A DNA stretch of 64,000 nt, from IMG/VR virus record IMGVR_UViG_3300021399_000098. One strand, given 5' to 3'. Below are positions 57,984 to 64,000 of the stretch, in pieces. Numbering within the stretch: the stretch's first letter is position 1; every line of letters starts with the position of its first letter. This DNA is from a virus. Its lineage: Duplodnaviria; Caudoviricetes. The position numbers were made by a program, and so were the translations under genes. The notes under the pieces were generated by a model. It was not told the DNA's origin. It saw only the letters and a program-made list of their open reading frames with translations, and did not search any database.

Positions 57984-58232
57984 TTATTTAATTTTATTTG
58001 CGTTTTCAAACACGTTCATTAACTCTTCTTTGGTGATTGCTTCAAGTGGTTTGTCACTTTTCTCAATATACTTCAAAACCGCTTTCTTACCACGTTTGTA
58101 GCCATTGATAACGTCTTTCGTATATTTCGTGCAAGCGCTTGTGTAAAGCCTTTCCTCGTGATACCTAACATCATTTGCCTCATAGAAATGATTGAAAATA
58201 GGCGCGACTTTTAATTTAACTTCGTAATCCAT
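57984..58232 (-). CDS. Hypothetical protein
   Basis: Promoter at 58262. Confidence 0.55.
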   Translation of the reverse strand: MDYEVKLKVAPIFNHFYEANDVRYHEERLYTSACTKYTKDVINGYKRGKKAVLKYIEKSDKPLEAITKEELMNVFENANKIK

Positions 58233-58348
58233 AATCTTATGTTTTTTAATTGTTTATCTGTTGCAAATATACGACAAAATTTTGGACTGACCAAATAATC
58301 AGCCCAAAATCTTCACATTATTTTTACCCTTTTATTCAGATGATTTCA

Positions 58349-59008
58349 TTACCAATCTTCGATGAATTTAACCTTTGCTGTCGTGTCCTTAACGCCTTGT
58401 GATTTCAAATAGGCTTCAATCACCTTTGCTAAACCCTCTTCAAACTGCTTGGGGTCTTTGATGCGTTTGCACTCTGTTGCGGTGTAAACCTCGAACTTCT
58501 CACGAAACTTGTGGCTTTTTCTCACCAATTCAATATAACCCTCATAGTCACCCTCTGAAAGCAAACCAGCTTCGGAATGGAAATTAGCGTCAACCAATCT
58601 ATCTTCAATCAAGATTTTAATGCGCTTGTCAGCTTTTTGGTGCTCTTTGAGAACCTTCATAAGACTATCATAGCCATACGCCCACCCACACTTTTGATTT
58701 GGCTTGTAGACGTATTTCTCGCGTTCCTCGGCAGTGAAATAGATTGAATCGTCTTTGATGAAATTGTCGATACACTCCTTGCACTCCTTGATGTTACTTG
58801 CCCATGCGCCATAGTGCTGCGATGGCTTTTTCTCGTTACCCTCTTTGCAGAAATCGAAATGTACGTCTTTGCTCTTTGGCCAATTAGAATAACGTGATGG
58901 GTCGAAGATACTGCGCTCATACTCTATCTCCGTTACTTTGATGATACTATAACCTTTGTAGGATTCTTTAATTTCCCTACTTGTCTTCCTTCCACTTCTA
59001 ACTCCCAT
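58349..59008 (-). CDS. Hypothetical protein
   Basis: 219 aa, AGGAGA upstream. Confidence 0.65.
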   Translation of the reverse strand: MGVRSGRKTSREIKESYKGYSIIKVTEIEYERSIFDPSRYSNWPKSKDVHFDFCKEGNEKKPSQHYGAWASNIKECKECIDNFIKDDSIYFTAEEREKYVYKPNQKCGWAYGYDSLMKVLKEHQKADKRIKILIEDRLVDANFHSEAGLLSEGDYEGYIELVRKSHKFREKFEVYTATECKRIKDPKQFEEGLAKVIEAYLKSQGVKDTTAKVKFIEDW

Positions 59009-59028
59009 AATTTAATCTCCTTTTTAAG

Positions 59029-59538
59029 TTAAAATAAATTTGTTTTATTGGTTTGCGGCTCATAGCCCAAATCTTTTACCATTTTATTGTATTTGGCCTC
59101 AACTTCAATTAGTCTGTTGTACTCTACACGAACTTTGGGCAGATTTACACAGCTTTCCCACCAAAGGAAATACTTAATCTCTTCCAAAATCTTTTCCAAA
59201 TCAGACGTAAACAAATCTGTAAGAGGCACTTTATTAACGAACTTTCCACTGCATCTGTTGTAGCAGATAGGGTACTTTTTAATCAATGCTCCCCACTCTG
59301 TGAAATCTTTGTTGTTGTTGTACTGCAAGAAACAGCTAACATACACATACTTTCTTGTGATGGTGTTGTAACTCATTTCACCTACCCCAACTCTCGGATG
59401 CACCTTGTTGATGTACGCATCAGAAAACGTGAACTTCTTACTACCAATGATTTTGCAAATGTCGGCAAGCAACTTGTCTTGCTTTTTGCGTAGCTTCATC
59501 TGTTGCTCATTTGTGCCAATGTCTGTGATGTAACTCAT
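59029..59538 (-). CDS. Hypothetical protein
   Basis: Promoter at 59567, AGGAGA upstream. Confidence 0.65.
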   Translation of the reverse strand: MSYITDIGTNEQQMKLRKKQDKLLADICKIIGSKKFTFSDAYINKVHPRVGVGEMSYNTITRKYVYVSCFLQYNNNKDFTEWGALIKKYPICYNRCSGKFVNKVPLTDLFTSDLEKILEEIKYFLWWESCVNLPKVRVEYNRLIEVEAKYNKMVKDLGYEPQTNKTNLF

Positions 59539-59681
59539 AATCTAATCTCCTTTGTTTGTTTGACACTGCAAATATACGACATTTTGCTGACATGGCCAAA
59601 TTTTTTACCAAAAAAAGCACCCAACTCACCATTTTTTTGTAAGTTGGATGCCTAGGAAAAGGAGATAGAAAGATATATTTC

Positions 59682-59910
59682 AAAAGTGTGGGAAAGATGA
59701 CGTATCAAAGGAATTATCGTACAGGACGTATTATCGTCACAAACATCTTTACGAGGACGGATGATTACAGTCTCCCTCTGTCTTTTATCCTCGTCTTTCG
59801 ATGCTGAAATTTCTTGTGCTTAGTGCAGCCGCAGGGACTATTAGCCATCCCCTTGATGCGCCACCACCGCTAATCTGCGCAGAAACTTAGCGATGTTTTG
59901 ACCCACTTTT
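59682..59910 (-). ncRNA. Candidate structured ncRNA
   Basis: Nested long-range inverted repeats in an ORF-free gap. Confidence 0.4.
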
Positions 59911-59912
59911 AT

Positions 59913-60329
59913 TTACACTTCTTCATCGTCTGTGCGCTCAATGTGCTGATGTAGGATGTTGTGTAGCTGTTCAAAATCAATGTCCTCACAGCCCCATACA
60001 AGTTCCTCTTTTCGTGCGCGAAGCAGTTCAACGTCAAAGTAGTCTGAACCAACGTTGTAATAAACCCTTACACGCCCTCTGTGCAACATTCCGCTCACCT
60101 TGAACTCTATGCCGTAGCACCCATCTGTGGCGCACACATACCTGACACTTGTTACTCCCCACGTCAAATACTGACGCAAACGCTCTGTGATATAGGTAAC
60201 ACCATTACCACCAATCCGTACACTGCTGCTGTCACCCTTGATGTAACGCATGATGGTGACGTACATTTCATGCAGCGTTTTCACGTCCATGTTGGGCTGC
60301 TGTGCGATTGTTTTCTTTTCGTATGCCAT
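59913..60329 (-). CDS. Hypothetical early protein
   Basis: Promoter at 60356. Confidence 0.65.
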   Translation of the reverse strand: MAYEKKTIAQQPNMDVKTLHEMYVTIMRYIKGDSSSVRIGGNGVTYITERLRQYLTWGVTSVRYVCATDGCYGIEFKVSGMLHRGRVRVYYNVGSDYFDVELLRARKEELVWGCEDIDFEQLHNILHQHIERTDDEEV

Positions 60330-60703
60330 AATTCTTTATTCTTTGTTGTTTACGTTGCAAATATACGAAACTATTTTCACATAACCAAATATTTTAATAT
60401 TTTTTTTGAAAAAAAGAAAAGAGAGACTAATTAGTGGTGGAGTCGCACTTTCCTTACTTGACTTACTGCCAACCTCTTCTCCGTTGTGCACACGGATGCC
60501 AAACGACCTACTCTTACGGTTAGGCTACCTTATCTCTCTAATCTTTATTTTCTATTCTTAATCTCCTTTTTAATCGTTCCCCACTCACACTATCGTGAGT
60601 GGGGGTAAGTCAGTGTCCTTCTGAATTACGTTGCAAATATACGACATTTTTTTAAATTAGCAAAACTTTTGGGGAGTTTTTTTTACGCTCCCCACGAAGT
60701 TTT

Positions 60704-61414
60704 TTAATCGTCCTCGTAGAATATTGCGTGCGTAGCATCGAATAACAGATAGTAGTGTCCATTGCCGCAGCCTCTGTATTCCTCTGAGTACCAACCCCTT
60801 GGGTAGTCCTTATCAAACCGCAGTTCAAGTGTGTTGTCATAGCCATTAGTCCAACATCTGCTGTAATTCCTTTTTTCGTTGATAGCTTTCTGCACTTCTT
60901 CGTTGTAGTGCTGTCTGTTCCACTTGTCATAAGCGATAGACTTCCAACACCTTTTGCTATAAAAACTCTCAAAGACTTGGTGAGTGCCGCACCATGCGTA
61001 TTTCTGACCCTCGCCACGCTGACAATAGAAATTATCGTAGCTGCCTTTTGCCATGTCCTTGCAGAACTCTTCGATAATACTATCATCTGACAAGAAATAC
61101 TCTATTTCCTTTTTGATGTCAACCCAAAAGCCGCTTGCCGTCAAATACTTCAATGCGTCTTGTGCACGCTTCTTGACGAGTTTAACCTTGTCAGACTGCG
61201 TATGCTCAACAAGTTTCAGCGTTACCCAATCCTCTATCCCATCCCACGAGGAAAGATAGTGCCCATAGTGCCGTCTACCCTTGGCAATAATGGCAACACA
61301 ATTACTGCTATGCAACCATAAGCGCACTATTTTGCTTGTGCCGCCAATCATTGACACGCGATACTCCTTTGTGTCGCTGTGATTTACGATAGTTTCAATT
61401 TCTTTAATAGTCAT
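60704..61414 (-). CDS. Hypothetical protein (WYSEEYRGCGNGHYY C-terminus)
   Basis: Promoter at 61440, AGGAGA upstream. Confidence 0.65.
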   Translation of the reverse strand: MTIKEIETIVNHSDTKEYRVSMIGGTSKIVRLWLHSSNCVAIIAKGRRHYGHYLSSWDGIEDWVTLKLVEHTQSDKVKLVKKRAQDALKYLTASGFWVDIKKEIEYFLSDDSIIEEFCKDMAKGSYDNFYCQRGEGQKYAWCGTHQVFESFYSKRCWKSIAYDKWNRQHYNEEVQKAINEKRNYSRCWTNGYDNTLELRFDKDYPRGWYSEEYRGCGNGHYYLLFDATHAIFYEDD

Positions 61415-61559
61415 AATCTGTTCTCCTTTTGTTTGACATTGCAAATATACGACATTCTGCTGACATAGCCAAATAAAAACCGAATTATTCTCAATTTAAA
61501 ATAAAAAAGGTGGGAAATAGGTTTAGACCCATTCCCACACCCAAACAAAAAGAATAAGA

Positions 61560-61967
61560 TTATGAATGAAAATTCTCTATGATGTCACGGAACATGAAAG
61601 GATAATTCTTATTGCTCTGTTGGTCAGCAATGATGGTATCAAAGTTCCGCTTTACGTATTTTGAAAGGATATTGTGTGTTGTTTCCTCGTACTTAAACTG
61701 AGGTATTGTGATGAGGGCATTGCTCTTGCCTCTTGCCTCCATTGCAGCCTTATGGATAAACTTGAACTGCCAAGGAAGATTATATTTCTCTTTCAGAATC
61801 TTCTCCACAAGGCAAATGACACTGCACGAGGGGTCATGGAAGAACGCCTTGCAAATCTGATAGTTGGTTACAAACGACTCACGCTTCTTATATTCGCTGT
61901 AAATCTTTTCGCTTTTTGTCTGTGGCTTTTTGCCGTTTGGTTTGTTCTGTTTCATATCTTTATTCAT
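61560..61967 (-). CDS. Hypothetical protein
   Basis: Promoter at 61984. Confidence 0.6.
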   Translation of the reverse strand: MNKDMKQNKPNGKKPQTKSEKIYSEYKKRESFVTNYQICKAFFHDPSCSVICLVEKILKEKYNLPWQFKFIHKAAMEARGKSNALITIPQFKYEETTHNILSKYVKRNFDTIIADQQSNKNYPFMFRDIIENFHS

Positions 61968-62217
61968 TTTGTTTGTTTGACATTGCAAATATACGACATT
62001 TATTTGGATTGACCAAACGTTTTCAAACTTTTTTCTTGAAAAAAAAGGTTTGGCCACTCCCCAATGGCCAAACCAATCAATTTAAAAAGGTTTTTCTTCC
62101 TTAAATACCCAAAATGTTCCTCTCTCACTTTGGGTAGTTTCCAATCGCTTTACAAAAAAATAAAAAATCAATTTAGAAACCAAATATAAATATCAACGAT
62201 TTTTAATTTTTTCCATT

Positions 62218-62808
62218 TTATTTCCTTGTTATATTATACTTTTCAAGAATCCAAAGAACATCAAGAACACTAATAGAGGTACGGCAATTCTCGTTTATTT
62301 CTTTTGCCAAAGCAACTGCGTAGCTGTAATCGTCTGTGTACCTTGCCGATTTAAATGCCTTGACAAAAATCTGTTTGTCGTTGAGTATTCCCACGTTAGG
62401 ATGGCTTTGACCGCAATAGGTACGATAGTATTCAACGTTGAGTGTAACGTTTTGCCTTGTCCAAATAACGTTGTCTATTATTTCCTCATACTCATTGCCG
62501 ATTTTGAAATCAACTGCTGACATAGGGATATAAAGACGAATAGAGTTCTTCTCGTCAAACCTACTTCTCCTTGTCACCTTAACACCAAAGGCTTCGTTCT
62601 TTGTGAAATCTACCTTTTTGTGCACCTTGAAAGAATTGACGTTCTTTAAAGGCAAGCAGAACTGACAGCCATATTCCAAATTCACGTCATACGTTTCTCC
62701 ATTGTCATTGTAGAACGTAATGCAAGCGTCAGCAATGTGGAATCTGCGCATATCTCCGTTGAAGAAATAACCTTTAAAAGGTTGCCATCTAATGAATACG
62801 TTTAACAT
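62218..62808 (-). CDS. Hypothetical protein
   Basis: AGGAGA 7 nt upstream of the ATG. Confidence 0.6.
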   Translation of the reverse strand: MLNVFIRWQPFKGYFFNGDMRRFHIADACITFYNDNGETYDVNLEYGCQFCLPLKNVNSFKVHKKVDFTKNEAFGVKVTRRSRFDEKNSIRLYIPMSAVDFKIGNEYEEIIDNVIWTRQNVTLNVEYYRTYCGQSHPNVGILNDKQIFVKAFKSARYTDDYSYAVALAKEINENCRTSISVLDVLWILEKYNITRK

Positions 62809-62829
62809 ATTCTAATCTCCTATATTTGT

Positions 62830-63105
62830 TTACTCTTCGCAAAGTTCTGCGGTATATGGGGAATATATTGTACCACTTTCAACTGCTTCGCTTTCTACTG
62901 CGAAAAGGCCAGTTCCCTTTTCGTAATATACTTCCAACTCAAACTCCATATCACGAACAACTGCTTCTGCTTCTTCTTGCGTAGAGCAAACCTTTTCTTC
63001 AAGTAGTTCTTCCACTTTTGCAGCAAATGCTTTTGGGAATTGTTCTTTGGTGAGTTTAATCACACCTATACTTTCGTATTCATCTGAATTGTTTAATTTA
63101 ACCAT
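62830..63105 (-). CDS. Acidic hypothetical protein
   Basis: Promoter at 63146, AGGAGA upstream. Confidence 0.6.
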   Translation of the reverse strand: MVKLNNSDEYESIGVIKLTKEQFPKAFAAKVEELLEEKVCSTQEEAEAVVRDMEFELEVYYEKGTGLFAVESEAVESGTIYSPYTAELCEE

Positions 63106-63250
63106 AATCTTTTCTCCTATTTTTATTGTTAATATTGCTTTGTGATGCAAATATACGACATTTTGCTGAATTAACCAAAGAAAAAGCCCCAAATGTTAGT
63201 CAGTATTCAACTTTTAACACTTAGGGCTTGAAAAAAAGGAGATTGAATGA

Positions 63251-63526
63251 TTACTCACACTTGATGAAAACAAAGCCACCATTCGTGCGCTGCCATGTGA
63301 ACACACACTCAAAGGTATAATCGTCATAATTGAACGTCACCTTGTCATGCGTCTCGTCTATTGCCTCAATCTTAAACCCTTGGATTGGGGGTATAATTGA
63401 AACGTGAGCACTACCATGTATTTTTGTTCCCAATGTACGAAGCATATAATCATGGTCACGATTCTGAAAAACTATGTGCCTAAATGCCTCGTTTATTGCT
63501 TTGATATAAGAATTTGCTATTGTCAT
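63251..63526 (-). CDS. Hypothetical protein
   Basis: ORF in early minus-strand operon. Confidence 0.5.
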   Translation of the reverse strand: MTIANSYIKAINEAFRHIVFQNRDHDYMLRTLGTKIHGSAHVSIIPPIQGFKIEAIDETHDKVTFNYDDYTFECVFTWQRTNGGFVFIKCE

Positions 63527-63757
63527 TTGTTCTTTTGATAACCTTTTAGTTTATGTCTCTTCGGCTGAAACTGCACATTGGTAGGTTTCACGATGTCACT
63601 TACCTTTGGCATATAATAATAGGTAGGAGTTAAGTAATATACGTACATACCTTATTCCTCCACTTCTTTAAGCATTTTCCTAAACTTTGGGTCATTTTTC
63701 CACGTGTCATAGAACATATACACGATGCAACCCACTATGAATAATGCAATCCACATA

Positions 63758-63973
63758 TTACTTTTCTATTTTGGTTATTGTACCCTTGTTTCCGTCAATC
63801 TTATAGCCAACTTCCTCGGCAATGATAGGGAAGAACACATCGTCAAAATAGATGCTTCCATCGCCCTCACAATACACCTCCGTGTCAAACTGATAGGCGC
63901 ATGGGTAAAGCATAACACGCTCGAAAATCTCTCCCCAAAAGGCCGTAATGATGTTTTTAACGTTCTTCACCAC
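63758..63973 (-). CDS. Hypothetical protein (start uncertain, at window edge)
   Basis: ORF in early minus-strand operon. Confidence 0.4.
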   Translation of the reverse strand: MVKNVKNIITAFWGEIFERVMLYPCAYQFDTEVYCEGDGSIYFDDVFFPIIAEEVGYKIDGNKGTITKIEK

Positions 63974-64000
63974 CTTAATGGACTTGTCGTTAAGTGAAAG

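Larger units (their letters stand above)
49965..63180. promoter_or_regulatory. Array of about 18 Bacteroidetes sigma-A promoters, consensus TTTG(G)-N~20-(TGTCG)TATATTTGCA
   Basis: -7 boxes near 49965, 50304, 52524, 53431, 55068, 55424, 56064, 56802, 57653, 58262, 59567, 60356, 60632, 61440, 61984 and 63146 (minus), and 50440 and 51240 (plus). The same motif precedes middle genes near 876, 26507, 29279, 31062, 31515, 32638, 33224, 34177, 36633, 37580, 46153 and 47225. Confidence 0.9.

Noticed and set aside
52520-63180. Recurrent TTGCAAATATACGAC as CRISPR repeats
   Set aside because: Spacing is irregular (hundreds of bp to kb), nearly every copy precedes an ORF, and the motif matches the Bacteroidetes -7/-33 promoter.
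1-64000. Genome-wide TAG recoding (code 15) as in Lak or some crAss-like phages
   Set aside because: Core genes are full-length in code 11 and TAG terminates ORFs at 32604 and 51874. Readthrough of the TAG at 40686 would stay in the wrong frame.
1-64000. Prophage or host chromosomal segment
   Set aside because: No integrase, att site, rRNA or bacterial housekeeping synteny; ClpC, ThyA and sigma sit among phage ORFs with phage-style organisation.

Overview
A 64-kb slice of a large, AT-rich, T4-like (gp17/gp20/gp21/gp22/gp23) dsDNA phage read in standard code 11. The host is almost certainly in Bacteroidetes, because about 30 TTTG-N~20-TAnnTTTGCA sigma-A promoters are present. There are three zones. 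(1) 1-22 kb is the head/packaging module plus many putative internal head proteins that share an 'IRLTESDLHKIVKESV..LxE' peptide, including a 1667-aa multi-enzyme polyprotein; these genes share a TATTTATA late-promoter motif. (2) 22-48.8 kb holds DNA/nucleotide metabolism and host-manipulation genes (ThyA, ligase, ClpC, Thg1-like, nucleotidyltransferase, UvrD, thioredoxin, dNMP kinase, phosphoesterases, SprT). (3) 49-64 kb is an early-type region of short ORFs with strong host promoters, a phage sigma-70, a degenerate tRNA-Met and several structured ORF-less transcripts. The top finding is a metallophosphoesterase gene split inside its catalytic motif by ACC-TAG-GT-ACT directly behind a perfect 10-bp hairpin, the layout of a minimal programmed ribosomal bypass. 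Other highlights are a probable A10 slippage fusion of two head genes, a protease-cleavable capsid-cargo tagging system, and a tRNA-mimic RNA. All calls come from motif recognition by eye; no searches were run.
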